Part shown: in pieces, positions 1 to 14,846 of the stretch
How the letters are laid out: each line of letters begins with the position of its first letter
Position numbering within the stretch: position 1 is the first letter of the stretch
From: the human T2T-CHM13v2.0 reference genome, Homo sapiens
NCBI RefSeq assembly: GCF_009914755.1
Contig: NC_060947.1
DNA: 64,000 nucleotides
Reading direction: 5' to 3' (one strand)
Notes under the pieces: model-generated
Seen by the model: only the letters and a program-made list of their open reading frames with translations
Database searches by the model: none
What the model was told of the DNA's origin: nothing
Program-made: the position numbers and the translations under genes

Positions 1-1660
1 TGTCATATATATGATATATATCATATATATGATATATATCATATATATGATATATATCTCATATATATCTCATATATATGAGAGATATATGATATATAAC
101 TCATATATATCATATATATATCATATATATCTCATATATCTCATATCTCATATATATTATATATCATATATATCATATATCATATATATCATATATATCA
201 TATATCATATATATCATATATATCATATATCATATATATCATATATATCATATATCATATATATCATATATATCATATATCATATATATCATATATATCA
301 TATATCATATATATCATATATATCATATATCATATATATCATATATAATATATATCATATATATCATATATAATATATATCATATATATCATATATAATA
401 TATATCATATATATCATATATAATATATATCATATATAATATATATCATATATATCATATATAATATATATCATATATATCATATATATCACATATAATA
501 CATATCATATATATCATATATATCACATATAATGTGATATATATCATATATAATATATATCATATATAATATATATCATATATCATATATAATATATATC
601 ATATATATCATATATAATATATATAATATATATCATATAATATATATAATATATATCATATATAATATATATAATATATATCATATATAATATATATCAT
701 ATATAATATATATAATATATATCATATATAATATATATCATATATAATATATATCATATATATCATATATAATATATATAATATATATCATATATGTATC
801 ATGTATAATATGTATCATATATAATATATATCATATATATCATATATACATCATATATAATATATATCAAATATATCATATATAATATGTATAATATATA
901 TAACATAAAATACATAATATACAATATATATAATATATATCATATATATCATATATATCATATATAATATATCATATATATCACATATATATCATATATA
1001 TAATATATCATATATATCATATATATCATATATATCATATATATCATATATAATATATCATATATCATATATATCATATATAACATATATCATATATATA
1101 ATATATATCATATATATCCTATATAACATATATCATATATATCATATATATCATATATCATATATATCGTATATCATATATATCATATATCATATATATC
1201 TTATATCATATATATTATATATCATATATCATATATATCATATATCATATATATTATATATCATATATCATATATATCATGTATCATATATATTATATAT
1301 CATATATATCATATATATTATATATCATATATATATCATATATATCATATATATCATATATATCATATATGTCATATATATATCATATATATCATATATG
1401 TATCATATATATATCATATATATCATATGTATCATATATATCATATATATCTATATATCATATATATCATATATCATATATATCATATATCATATATGTC
1501 ATATATCATATATATCATATATATCATACATATATGTATCATATATATCATATATATCATATATATATCATATATATCACATATATCATATATATATCAT
1601 ATATATCATATATATCTATATATATCATATATATCATATATGTCATCTATATCATATATA
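1..1660. repeat. Long AT-rich tandem repeat, (CATATA/CATATATA/TATATAA)n, open at the window start
   Basis: Continuous TA dinucleotides punctuated by C (tatatcatatatatc) with almost no G; ends abruptly at L1 sequence at ~1661. Confidence 0.97.
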
Positions 1661-2160
1661 TTTTTTTTTGCTTAGTCTTGCTTTGGCTATGCAGGCTCAT
1701 TTTTGGTTCTGTATAAATTTTAGTATTGTTTTTTCTAGTTCTGTGAAGAATGGTGATGGTATTTTTATGGGAATTGCATTAGATTTGTAGAATCCTTTTG
1801 TCAGTATAGTCATATTCACAATATTGATTCTACCCATCCTTGAGCATGGGATCTGTTTCCACTTGTTTATGTCATCTATGATTCTTTCAGCAGTGTTTTG
1901 TAGTTTACCTTGTAAAGGTACTTCGTCTCCTTGGTTAGGTGTATTTTTGTGCTTTTTTGTTTGTTTGTTTTGCAGCTATTGCAACAGTGGTTGTCAAACT
2001 GTTACTGTTTGCTGATGATGTAATTGTATATCGAGAAAACCCTAAGGACTCTGCCAAAAAACTCCTAAAACTGATAAATGAATTCAGCAAACTTTCAAGA
2101 TACAAAATTAATGTACATAATTAGCAGTTCTGCTATACACCAACAGTAACCACACTGAGT
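1661..2160 (-). mobile_element. L1PB-like LINE-1 ORF2 fragment with 5' inversion (body 1661-1992 on -, inverted piece 1993-2160 on +)
   Basis: Antisense ORF2 (ttttgcttagtcttgctttggctatgc...) switches to sense RT sequence [33 protein letters not shown] (ORF 1939..2124). The two pieces are adjacent in L1 coordinates. Confidence 0.85.
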
Positions 2161-3875
2161 AGTTGTATTTCTAATTGTTCAAAGAAGCAAAGAATCTGCA
2201 AACTGTTTTTCATTATGGCTTTATCAATTTACATGTCCATCAACAAAGTACAAGGGTTCCCTTTTCCTCCTGTTTTTGCCAACATTTATCTTTTCGTTTT
2301 TTGTATAATAGACATTCTAAAAGTTTTGAGGTGATGTCTCATTGGGGTTCTGTTTTTCTTTTCTTTTAGTAATATTGAGAATTTTTCATAAACAAGTTGG
2401 CCATTTTTATGTCCTCTTTTTCAAAATGTCTGTTCGGGTGCATTGCCCATTTTAAAAAAAATTGTGTACTGTACAGTTTTGATTACTGTAGCTTTGCTGC
2501 ATGTTTTGAATCCAGGAAATGTGAAAACTCCAACATTTTTCTTAAGATTATTTTGGATATTCCAGGTTTCTTAAGTTGATATAATATTTTTAGGATGAAT
2601 TTCTTCTATTTCTGCAGAAAGTACCATTAAGATATTAATACACCAACAGTATTACAGCAAATTTGCAGATTATAATAGGTAGTATTGTCATGCCAACACT
2701 ATTTAGTCTTTCAATCCATGAATAAATACTACTTTTTTCCAATTTTAATGTCTTTTATGTCTTTCTCTTGCCTGATTGCCTTGTCTAGGACTTCCAGTAC
2801 TATGTTGAAAAGGAGTGGTGAAAGTAGGCAGCTTTGTCTTATACCAGTTCTTAGTGGAAATCATGTCAACTTTTCCACATTCATTATGATGTTAGCTGTG
2901 GCTTCGCTGTATATGGTCCATATTATTTTGAGGTATGTTGCTTCTTTGCCTAGTTTGTTGCTGGTTTTTATCATGAAGGGATGCTAAATTTTATCAAATG
3001 TTTTTTCTGTGTTTATTGAAATAATCATATTGTTTTTGTTCTTAATTCTGTTTACATGATGTATCACATTTATTAATTTGCATGTGTTGAACCATCTTTG
3101 CATCCCTGGCATAAAATCATTCCTGTTTGCTGATGACATAATTGTATGTCTGAAAAAATCTTAAAGATTCCACAAAATATTAACATTTAGATTTAATAAA
3201 TAAATATAATAAATTATCAGGGTGCAAAAAATAACATACAAAAATTAGTAACATTTTTATACACTGATAATAGTCAAACTGAGAATAAAATCAATAGGGC
3301 AATCTCATTTACAATAGCTACAGTAAAGGAAAATATGTATCAACAAATTTAACCAAGGAGATGAAAAATCTCTACAAGAAAAACTATAAAAATACTGATG
3401 CAAAGAATTGTAGATGACACAAACAAATAGAAAAATATCCCATGCTCATGGATTAGAAGAATTAATATTGTTAAAATGACTGCAATTCTCAAGGCAATCT
3501 ACAGATTCAATGAAATCCCGGTCAAATTACCATTGTAATTCTTACTGAATTAGGAAAAAACCCCTAAAATTCATGTGAAATCAAATAAAAGCCTGAATAG
3601 CCAATGCAAGTCTAAGCAAAGAGAAGAAAATGGAGGCATCACATTACTTTATTATTAAATTTATTACAATCCTATAGTAAACAAAACAGCATGGTACTGC
3701 TATGAAAATAGAAACATAGATTATTGGACCAGAATAGAAAACTCAGAAATAGAGCCACAAATTTATGGACAACTGATGTTTGATTAAGTCTACAAGAACA
3801 TACATTAGAGAAAGGACTCCCTCTAATAAATGGTGCTGGGAAAATTGGGTTGCCATATGTGGAAGAATGAAACTT

Positions 3876-3988
3876 TTTAACTCACAGGAATTGCTTTATT
3901 TTCTAGTAATTTGCCATTGTATTACTAAATAATGAACTGAACACTATTTCTGACATTTTTCATCCTTTCACCATGGCATGTTAGCCTA
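3876..3988 (-). pseudogene. Short retroposed non-L1 3'-end fragment inserted in L1 ORF2
   Basis: Flanked by gt(g/a)gaagaatgaaa(c/t)tt at 3859-3875 and 3989-4005. The minus strand ends AATAAAgcaattcctgtgagttAAAAA. Confidence 0.6.
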
Positions 3989-4720
3989 GTAGAAGAATGA
4001 AATTTGATATCTATTTCTCGCCATATAGAAAAAACAAGTTAAGATGAATTAAAGACTTAAACATAACAACCAAAACTATAAAACTACTAGAAAACAACCT
4101 AGGGAAAAATCTTTTGAACATTTGTATAGACAAATAAAAATATGACTAAGACTCAACAGCATAGGCAATGAAATAAAAAATAGAGAAATGGAGTTTAATT
4201 AAACTAAAAAGCTTCTGCACAGCAAAAACAAAAAAATCAACAGAGTAAACAGACAACCTGCTGCATAATGGGAGAAAATATTTGAAATCTATTCATCCTA
4301 CATGAGATTAATATCTACAATATACAAGGAACTCAAACATCTCGACAGAAAAAAAATAATTTGACTTTAAAGTGGGCAACAAATGTAAATAGATGTTTCA
4401 TTTCTTAGAAGAAAACATATAAATAGCCAACAGGTATATAAAAAATGCTCATCATCACTAATCACCAGAGAAATGCAAATAAAAACCACCATGAGATATC
4501 ATCTTACCCCAGTCAGAATGGCTATTATTAAAAGTTAAAAAAAAAAGATGTTGGTGAGAAGGTGGAGAAAAGGGAACTCTTACATGCTGTTGTTAGAAAT
4601 ATAAATTAGTGCAACCTCCATGAAGTATAATATGTGTGTTTCTCAAATAACTAAAAGTAGATCTAACATTCAATTCAGCAATATCACTACTAGATACCTA
4701 CCCAAATGAAATGAAATCAA

Positions 4721-5013
<293 letters not shown>

Positions 5014-8000
5014 GGAACAAGGAATCAGTTTATCAAAAAGATGCTTATCACAGCACAATTCACAATAGCAAAGATATTAAATCAACCTAAGCATCCATCA
5101 GTGGATGACTGGATAACAAGAATATTGTATATCTACAAAATGGAATACTATTCAGCCATAAAAAAATGAAATCAGGTCTCTTGCAGCAACATGGATGGAG
5201 TCAGAAGTGATTATCATAAATTAAACAAGCCAGTCACAGAAAGTCAAATGTCACATGTTCTCACTTATAAGTGGGTTCTAAAAATTTTGTACACATGGAT
5301 GTAGACTGTAGAATGATAGGCAATGGAGATTTGTAAGAGTGAGGGAATGAGAAGGGAGTGAATAATAATAAAAAAATGCTTACTGGATACAACGTACATT
5401 ATTCAGATGAGTGATTCTGTGCCATGTATGCATGTTACAAAATTGCACTTTTACCCCATACATTTATACAAATATAAAAACACACCTTTCCATTTAATTG
5501 TGTGTTTTTTCTTTTTTCAGAATTGTTTTTTAGTTTTCAGTGTATGAGCTTCTCGATTCCTTTATTTTTTTTAGGTGTTTTGTTCTTTTGGATATTATTG
5601 TAAATGAAACTTTTTATTAATTTCCCTTTTGAATTGTTTATTGATTTTAAAAAACACAACTGATTTTTGTGTTGATTTTTTATCCTACAACCTCTAATAG
5701 TTTTTCTGTGGAATCTTTATGGTTTTCTCCTTATCCGGCCATATAAACTGGAAACAAAGGTAATTTTACTTCTTCCCTTCCAATTTAGATGACTTTTATT
5801 TCTTTTTTTTTTTCCCTAATTGCTCTGCCTCGATTTTCTAGTAATATCTTGTATAGAAGTGGTTGAAATGGACATTTGTTTTTTGTTTTGTATATTAGAG
5901 GGAAATCTTACAGTCTTTCACAATTGAAGGTAATGTTAGCTCTGGACTTTTTGTATATCGCCTTTATAACGTTGAAGATGTTATCTTGTATTCCTAATTT
6001 ATTGAGAGTCTTTAATATAAAAGGTGTTTAATTTTGTCATGTGTATTTTCTACATCAGTAAGAAGATCATGTGATTTTTTCCACTTCATTCTATACAGTA
6101 ATGTATTATGTTAATTTATTTTTGTATGTTAAAACATCCTTGTATTCCGGGAATAAATCCTAACTGGTAATGGTATATAATCTCTTTAATATGTTGATGA
6201 ATTTGTTTTGCTAGTATCTTGTGGAGAATTTTTGCATCAATATTGATATTAAATATTAGTCTGTAATTTTTTTAATATAGTGTCTTTGCTTCACTTTTCT
6301 TCAGAGTAATGCTGATCCCATTAAATGAATCCCAGGGCTTTCATTTGTTGAGAAGATTTTGTTAAGTTATTTAATTCTCTTACAGGTCAATACCACTTTT
6401 TTATTACTTCATAAATTAATGTTGGTAAGTTGTGTGTTTTTAGAAATTTGTCTATTTCATCCGTGTTATCAAACTTTTTGGTGTACAAATGTCCATTGCA
6501 TGCTCTTATAATCTTTTTATGTCTGTAATACTGACTTTAATATTATCAGCTTATTTCTAATTTGTGTAATTTGAGACATTTTTCTTAGTTACTCTAGCTA
6601 TAGGCTTGTCCTTTTTGCTATTATTTCAGACTCAACTTTTAGTTGATAGTCTCTTTTTTCCTAATCTATACTTTATTTCTATTCGATCTTTGCAATTTTC
6701 TTCTTCCTGCTAGCTTAAATTTCAATTTACTTTTCTTTTTTTTAAGGTTAGGTTACAGATTTGGAATATTTCTCTTGTTTTCATGTATGCATTTACAGTT
6801 CTAAATCTTCCTCTTATCACTGTGTTAACTGTTTCAAATTAGTTTTGCTATGTTATCGTTTAATTTTTATTTTTCCCAAAATATTTTCTAATTTTGCTTA
6901 TGAGTTCTTCTTTGTCCCATTGGTTGTTTAAAATGTGTTAATTTCTACATTTGTGAACTTTATAATTTTCCTTCTGTTTTTGATTTCTAGCTTAATTCCA
7001 CTATGAACAGATAATATACTTTATAGGATTTTAACCTTTTTAAATTTATTAAAAATTGTTTTGTGGCTTAATATGTCATACATCCTGGTGAATAACATAT
7101 GTGCACTTCGTAAAAATGTGTAGTCTGCTATTGTTGGGTGGAGTGTTCTGTGTATGTCTGTTAGGTCTAACTGGTTTATGGTATAAAGTTCTCTGTTTTC
7201 TTTTCTTTCTTTTTTGTAAATTACACTTTAAGTTCTGGGATATATGAGCAAAAAGTGCAGGTTTGTTACATAGGTATACATGTACAATGGTGGTTTGCTG
7301 TACCCATGAACCCATCATCCACATTAGGTATTTCTCCTAAGCTATCTCTCCCTTTATCCCCCACCCTCCAACAGGCCATGATGTGTGATGTTCCCCTCCC
7401 TGTGCCTATATGTTTTCATTGTTCAACTCCCACTTATGAATGAGAACATGCAGTGTTTGTTTTTCTGTTCCTGTGTTAGTTTGCTAATGATGTTTCCAGC
7501 TTCATCCGTGTCCTTGCAGAGAACATAAACTCATTCTTTTTTACCACTGAATAGTATTTCATGGTTATATGTGCCACATTTTCTTTACCCAGTCTAATAT
7601 TGATGAGCATTTGGGTTGGTTCCAAGTCTTTGCTATTGTGAATAGTGCTGCAATAAACATACGTGTGCATGTGTCTTTATAGAAAAATGCTTTATAAACC
7701 TTTGGGTATATACCCAGTAATGGGATTACTGGGTCATATGGTATTTCTAGTTCTAGATCCTTGAGGAATTGCCACACTGTATTCCAAAATGGTTGAACTA
7801 ATTTACACTTTTACCAACAGTGTAAAAAGTGTTCCTGTATCTCCATGTCTTCTCCAGCAACTGTTGTTTCCTAACTTTTAATGATCACCTGCTAACTGGC
7901 ATGAGATGGTATCTCATTGTGGTTTTGATTTGCATTTCTCTAATGACCAGTGATGATGAGCTTTTTTCATGTTTGTCCACCTCACTTCTTTTGAGAAGTA

Positions 8001-8149
8001 CTTGTTCATATCCTTCTCCCACTTTTTGATGGGGTTATTTGTTTTTTCTTGTAGATTTGTTAAGTTCTGTATATTAGCCCTTTGTCAGATGGATAGATTG
8101 CAAAAATTTTTTCTCATTCTTTGGGTGGCCTGTTCTCTCTGTTGATGGT

Positions 8150-8190
8150 GTTTTTGTTTTTTGTTTTTGTTTTGTTTTGTTTTGTTTTTG
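8150..8190. repeat. (GTTTT)n microsatellite in L1
   Basis: gtttttgtttttgttttgttttg seen directly. Confidence 0.8.
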
Positions 8191-9842
8191 CCATACAGAA
8201 GCTCTTTAGTTTAATTAGATCCCATTTGTCAATTTTGTCTTTTGTTACCATTGCTTTTGGTGACTTAGTCATGAAGTCTTTGCCCATGCCTATGTCCTGA
8301 ATGGTATTGCCTAGGTTTTCTTCTAGGGTTTTTATGGTTTTAGGTCTTACATTTAGATCTTTAAACCATCTTGAGTTAATTTTTGTATAAGGTGTAATGA
8401 ACAGGTCTAGTTTCAGTTTTCTGCATATGGCTAGCCAGTTTTCCCAACACCATTTATTAAATAGAATATCCTTTCCTCATTGTTTTTTTTTTTTTTTTTT
8501 TGCCAGGTTTCTCAAAGATCAGATGGTTGTGGATGTGTTGCATTATTTCTGAGGCCTCTGTTCTGTTCCATTGGTCTATATATCTGTTTAGGTACCAGTA
8601 CCATGCTGTTTTGGTTACTGTAGCCTTGTAGTATAGTTTGAAGTCAGGTAGCGTGATGCCTCCAGCTTTGCTGTTTTTGCTTAGGGTTGTCTTGGTTATA
8701 CAAGCTCTTTTTTGGTTCCATATGAAATTTAAAGTAGTTTTCTTCCAATTCTGTGAAGAAAGTCAATGGTAGATTGATGGGAATAGCATGAAATCCATAA
8801 ATTACTTTGGACATTATGATCATTTTCACAATATTGATTTTTCCCATCAATGAGCATGGAATGTTTTTACATTTGTTTGTGACCTCTCTTATTTCCTGGA
8901 GCAGTGGATTGTAGTTATCCTTGAAGAATTCCTTCACTTTTCTTGTAAGTTGTGTTCCTAGGTATTTTATTCTCTTTGTAGCATTTGTGAATAAGAGTTT
9001 GCCCGTGATTTGGCTCTCTGTTTTTCTATTATTGGTGTATTAGTGATGCTTGTGATTTTTGCACATTGATTTTGTATCTTGAGACTTTTCTGAATTTGCT
9101 TATCAGCTTAAGGAGTTTTGGGGCTGATACGATGGGATTTTCTAAATATACAATCATGTCATCTGCAAAGAGAGATAATTTGACTTCCTCTCTTTCTATT
9201 TGAATACTCCTTATTTCTTTCTCTTGCCTGAATGTCCTGTCCAGAACTTCCTATACTATGTTAAATAGGAGTGATGAGAGAGGGTATTCTTGTCCTGTGC
9301 CAGTTTTCAAAGGGAATGCTTCCAGCTTTTGCCCATTCAGTGATATTGGCTGTGGGTTTTTCATAAATGGCTTTTATTATTTTGAGACATGTTCTATGAA
9401 TACCTAGTTTATTGAATGTTTTGGACATGAAGTGGTGTTGAATTTTATGGAAGGACTTTTCTGCACCTATTGAGATAATCATGTGTTTTTTGTCATTGGT
9501 TCTGTTTATGTGATGGATTATGTATATTGATTTGCGTATGTTGAACGAGACTTGCATCCCAGGAATGAAGCCGACTTGGTCGTGGTGGATAAGCTTTCTA
9601 ATGTGCTGCTGGATTTGGTTTGCCAGTATTTTATTGAGGATTTTCACATTGATGTTTACCAGGGATATTGGCCTGAAATTTTCTTTTTTTGTTGTGTCTC
9701 TATCAGGATGATGCTGGCCTCATAAAATGAGTCAGGGAAGAGTATCTCTTTTTCTGTTGTTTGGAATAGTTTCAAAGGAATAATATCACCTCCTCTTTTT
9801 ACCTATGGTAGAATTCTGCTGTGAATCGTCTGGTCCTGGCTT

Positions 9843-9878
9843 TTGTTGTTGTTGTTGTTGTTGTTGTTATTGTTGTTA
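9843..9878. repeat. (GTT)n microsatellite in L1
   Basis: ttgttgttgttgttgttg seen directly. Confidence 0.85.
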
Positions 9879-12800
9879 GGCTATTAGTTACTGCCTCAAT
9901 TTCAGAAGTTGTTATTGGTTTATTCAGGGATTTCACTTCTTCCTAGTTTAGTCTTGGGAACGCGTATGTATCCAGGAATTTAAACATTTCTTCTAGATTT
10001 TCTAGTTTATTTGTGTAGAGTTGTTTATAGTATTCTTTGATGGTAGTTTTTGTTTCTGTGGGATCAGTGGTGATCCCTCCTCTATCATTTTTTATTGTGT
10101 CTATTTGATTCTTCTCTATTTTCTTCTTTATTAGTCTGGCTAGCGGTGAATCTATTGTGTTAATCTTTTCACAGAAAAGCTCCTGGATTCATTAATTTTT
10201 TGAAGGCTTTTTCTTGTCTATATCTCCTTCAGTTCTGTTCTGATCTTAGTTATTTCTTGTCTTTGCTAGATTTTGAATTTGTTTGCTCTTGCTTCTCTAG
10301 TTATTTTAATTGTGATGTTAGGGTGTCGATTTTAGACCTTTTCCACTTTCTCATGTTGGCATTTAGTGTTATAAATTTCCCTCTAAACACGGCTTTAGCT
10401 GTGTTCCACAGATTCTGATATGTTATGTTTTTGTTATCATTCATTTCAAAGAACTTATTTATTTCTGCCTTAATTTTGTTATTTACCTAGTACTCATTCA
10501 GGAGCAGGTTGTTCAGTTTCCATGTAGTTTTGCGGTTTTGAGGGAGTTTCTTAATCCTGAGTTCTAATTTGATTGCACTGTGGTCTGAGAGACTGTTTGT
10601 TATGATTTTCATTCTTTTGTATTTGCAGAAGAGTGATTTACTTCCAATTATGTGGTCGATTTTACAATAAGTACTATGTGGTGCTGAGCAGAATGTGTAT
10701 TTTGTTGATTTGAGGTGGAGAGTTCTGTAGTTTATTAGGTCTGCTTTGTCCAGAGCTGAATTCAAGTCCTGAATATCCTTCTTAATTTTCTTTCTCATTG
10801 ATCTGTCTAATATTGACAGTGGGGTGTTAAAGTCTTCCACTATTATTGTGTCAGAGTCGAAGTTTCTTTGTTGGGCTCTAAGAACTTGCTCTAGCAATCT
10901 GGGTGCTCCTTTATTGGGTGCATATATGTTTAGAGTCGTTAGCTTTTCTTGCTGCATTGATTTCTTTACCATTACTTAATGCTCTTTTTTGTCTTTTTTT
11001 GACATTTGTTGGTTTAAAGTCTGTTTTATCAGAGACTAGAATTGCAACCCCTGCTTTTTTTTCTTTTCATTTGCTTGGTAAATCTTCCTCCATCCCATTA
11101 TTTTGAGCTTATGTGTGACTTTGCACATGAGATGCTTATCCTGAATATAGCTCACCAATAGGTCTTAACCCTTTATCCAATTTGCCAGTCTGTGCTTTTT
11201 AATTGGGACATTTAGCCCATTTACATTTAAGGTTAATATTGTTATGTGTGAATTTTATCCTGTCATTATGATGCTAGCTAGTTATTTTGCCCATTAGTTA
11301 ATGCAGTTTCTTCATAGTGTCAATGGACTTTACATTTAGTGCTTCCTTTAGGATATCTTGTAAGGCAGGCCTGGTGGTGACAAAACATTTCAGCATTTGC
11401 TTATCTGTAAAATATTTTATTTCTCCTTCACTTATGAAGCTTAGTTTGGCTGGATATGAAATTCTGGGTTAAAAAATTCTTTTCTTTAAGAATGTTGAAT
11501 GTTGCCCCCTACTCTATTCTGGCATGTAGGATTTCTGCAGAGAGATCCATTGTTAGTCCGATGGGCTTCCCTTTGTGGGTAACCCGACCTTCCTCTCTGG
11601 CTGCCCTTAACATTTTTTTTTTCATCATTTCAACCTTGGTGAATCTGACAATTATGTGTCTTGGGGTTGCTTTTCTCCAGGAGTGTATTTGTGGTGTTCT
11701 CTGTATTTCCTGAACTGGAATGTTTGCCTTTCTTGCTTGGTTGGGGAAATTCTTCTGGATAATATCCTGAAGTGTGATTTCCAACTTGGTTCCATTCTCT
11801 CCATCACTTTCAGGTACACTAATCAAACTTAAGTTTGGTCTTTTCACATAGTCCCATATTTCTTGGAGGCTTAGATCATTCATTTTCATTCTTTTTTCTC
11901 TTACCTTGTCTTCACACTTTATTTCATTAAGTTGACCTTCGATGTCTGATATCCTTTCTTCCGCTTGATCTATTCGGCTATTGATACTTCTGTATGCTTC
12001 ACGAAGTTCTCATGCTGTGTTTTTCGGCTCCATCAGGTCATTTATGTTCTTCTCTAAACTGGTTATTCTAGTTAGCAATTCCTCTTATCTTTTATCTAGG
12101 TTCTTAGCTTCCTTGCTTTGGGTTAGAACATGCTCCTTTAGCTCAGAGGAGTTTGTTATTACCCACCTTCTGAAGCCTGCTTCTGTCAATTGGTCAAACG
12201 CATTCTCTGTCTAGTTTTGTTCTTTTGCTGTTGAGAAGTTGCGATCCTTTGGAGAAAAGTCATTCTCGTTTTTGGAATTTTCAGTCTTTTTCTCTGTTTT
12301 TTTTTCTCATCTTCATGGATTTATCTACCTTTGGTCTTTGATATTGGTGACCTTAGAGTGGAGTTTTTGCATAGTCATCCTTTTTGTTGATGTTGATGCT
12401 ATTGCTTTCTATTTGTTAGTTTTCTTTATAACAGTCAGGGTCCTCTTCTGCAGGTCTGCTGGAATTTGCTGGGGGTCCACTACAGACCCTGTTTGCCTGG
12501 GTGTCACCAGCAGAGGCTGCAGAACAGCAAAGATTGCTGTCTGTTTCTTCCTCTGGAAACTTCATCCCAGAAGGGCACCTGCAAGATGCCAGCCAGAGCT
12601 CTCCTGTATGAGGCCTCTGTCAACGTCTGCTGGGAAGTGTCTTCCCATCAGGAGGCACTGGGGTCAGGGACCCACTTGAGGAGTCAGTCCCTTAGCAGAG
12701 CTTGAGAGCTGTACTGGGATATCCGCTGTTCTCTTCAGAGCCCGCAGGCAGGAACGTTTAAGTCTGCTGAAGCTGCGCCCACAGCCACCCCTTCTTCCAT

Positions 12801-14271
12801 GTGCTTTATCCCAGGGAGATGGGAGTTTTATCCATAATCCCCTGACTGGGACTGCTGCCTTTCTTTCAGAGATGTCCTGCCTAGACAGAAGGAATCTAGA
12901 GAAGCAATCTGGCTAGAGTGGCTCTGCTGCGCTGTGTTGGGCTCCACCCAGTCTGAAATTCCTGGTGGCTTTGTTTACACTGTGAGAGGAAAACTGCCTA
13001 CTCAATCCTCAGTAATGACAGATGTCCCTCCCCCAACCAAGCTTGAGCATCCCAGGTCTACTTCAGACCACTGTGCTGGCAGCAAGAATTTCAAGCCTGT
13101 GGACCTTAGCTTGCTTGGCTCCATGGGGGTGGGATCCACTGAGCAAGACCACTTTGCTTCCTGGTTTCAGACCCTTTTAAGAGGAGTGCATAGTTCTGTC
13201 TCACTGGCATCCCAGATGCCACTGGGGTATGGAAAAAAAAAAAAAAAAAACTCCTGCAGCTAGCTCAGTGTCTGCCCAAATGGCTGCCCAGTTTTGTGCT
13301 TGAAATCCACGGCCCTTGTGATGTAGGCACTTGAGGGAATCTCCTGGTCTGTGGGTTTTGAAGACTGTGGGAAAAGCATAGAATCTGGGCCCAATAGCAC
13401 AGTCCCTCATGGCATGGCCCCTCATGGCTTCCCTTGGTTAGGGAAGGGAGTTCCCTGACCCCTTGCACTTCCTGGGTGAGGCAACACCCCATACTGCTTC
13501 TCCACGACCTCTGTGGGCTGCGCCCACTGTCTAACCAGTCCCAATGAGATGAATTGGGTATCTCAGTTGGAGATGCAGAAATCCCCCGCCTTCTGTGTTG
13601 GTCTCACTGGGAGCTGCAGACTGGAGTTGTTCCTATTTGGCCATCTTGCCCAGTAAATCCACTGTTTTCTAATATATTGTCTATTTTTTTTTGTTTTGTT
13701 TTGTTTTTTAATCCACCACTGAAGGTGGCATGCTGAAGTCTCAAACTACTATTGTAGGATTGGTCTGCTTCTATCTTCAATTTTGTCAAAATTTGCTTCA
13801 CATATTTGGGAGTCCCAATGATTTGGTGCATATATGTTTATAATTATTATATCCTTTTAGAGAATTGACCATTCTATTAACACATGATATCCTTTTTGAC
13901 TCTTATGGCAGTCTTTTACTTAAAGTCAATTAATTCTGATATTAATATAGTCACAGCTTTCTTTTGGTTACTATTTGCATAGAAATTTGTTTTCTGTCAT
14001 TTTACTTGCAACCTATTTGTTTCTTCAGATACAAATTGAGTCTCTTGTATACAGCATATAGTAGGATCATGTTTTTTTTCATATTTTCAATTTATGCACT
14101 GTGATTGAGAGTAACCCATTTACAGTTAAAGTAATTACAGGTAAGTTAACTACTGCTTTTTTGCAATTAATTTATTTGCCTTGTATATTTTTGTGTCTAA
14201 TTTTCTCTATTACTGCATTTTTTGTGTTTCAGTAGTTGTTGTAGTAACTCTTTTTGATACTTTTATCAACT

Positions 14272-14678
14272 ATTTTTTAATTTTTAATTTTTAAGTTTTA
14301 TTGGGATATATGTTTACATATTGTGGGGTACTTGAGATATTTTGATGCAAGCATACATTATGTAATCATCAATCACATCAAGGTAAATGGGATATCAATC
14401 GCCCCAAGCATTCATCATTTCTTTGTGCTATGAACATTCCAATTGTACTCCCTTTATTATTCTAGAAGTTATAACCAATTATTGCTGATTATAGTCACTC
14501 TGTTGTGCTACCAATTGCTAGATCTTATTTATTGTATCTCATTATATTTTTGTTTCCATTAACCATCCCCATTTTCCATCCACTTCTCCCTTGCACTACC
14601 CTTCCTTTCTTCTGATAACCATCATTCTACTATCTCCATGAGTTTCATTGTTTTAATTTTTATCTCTTACAAATGTGT
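14272..14678 (-). mobile_element. L1MA (MA2/3-like) 3'UTR fragment
   Basis: T-rich tail followed by ggggtacttgagatattttgat...aatcacatcaaggtaaatggg...ccatcattctactatctccatgag. Confidence 0.8.
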
Positions 14679-14846
14679 ATCATTCATTTTGATTTGTTTA
14701 TACATTTTCTTTGTTGTTGCCATAGGGATTATATATATAATATCCTAAAGTTACAACCATCTAATTTGAATTCATACCAACTTATAATTTTATAAATATT
14801 TTAAGCATTTGTCTTTTAAATTCTATACAAATTTTAAAAGGGAGTT

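Larger units (their letters stand above)
7201..13653 (-). mobile_element. Full-length L1PA7-like LINE-1 (~6.45 kb), ORFs disrupted
   Basis: 5'UTR starts ggcaagatggccaaataggaacaactccagtctgcagctccc; ORF1 piece (11509..11889), EN (10487..10972), RT (9261..9647), C-terminus, 3'UTR and T-rich tail. Diverged TSD ending ctgttttc at 7193-7200 and 13662-13669. Confidence 0.95.

Noticed and set aside
11-1790. Tyr/Ile/His-rich ORFs
   Set aside because: Translations of the TA/CATATA repeat; no coding evidence.
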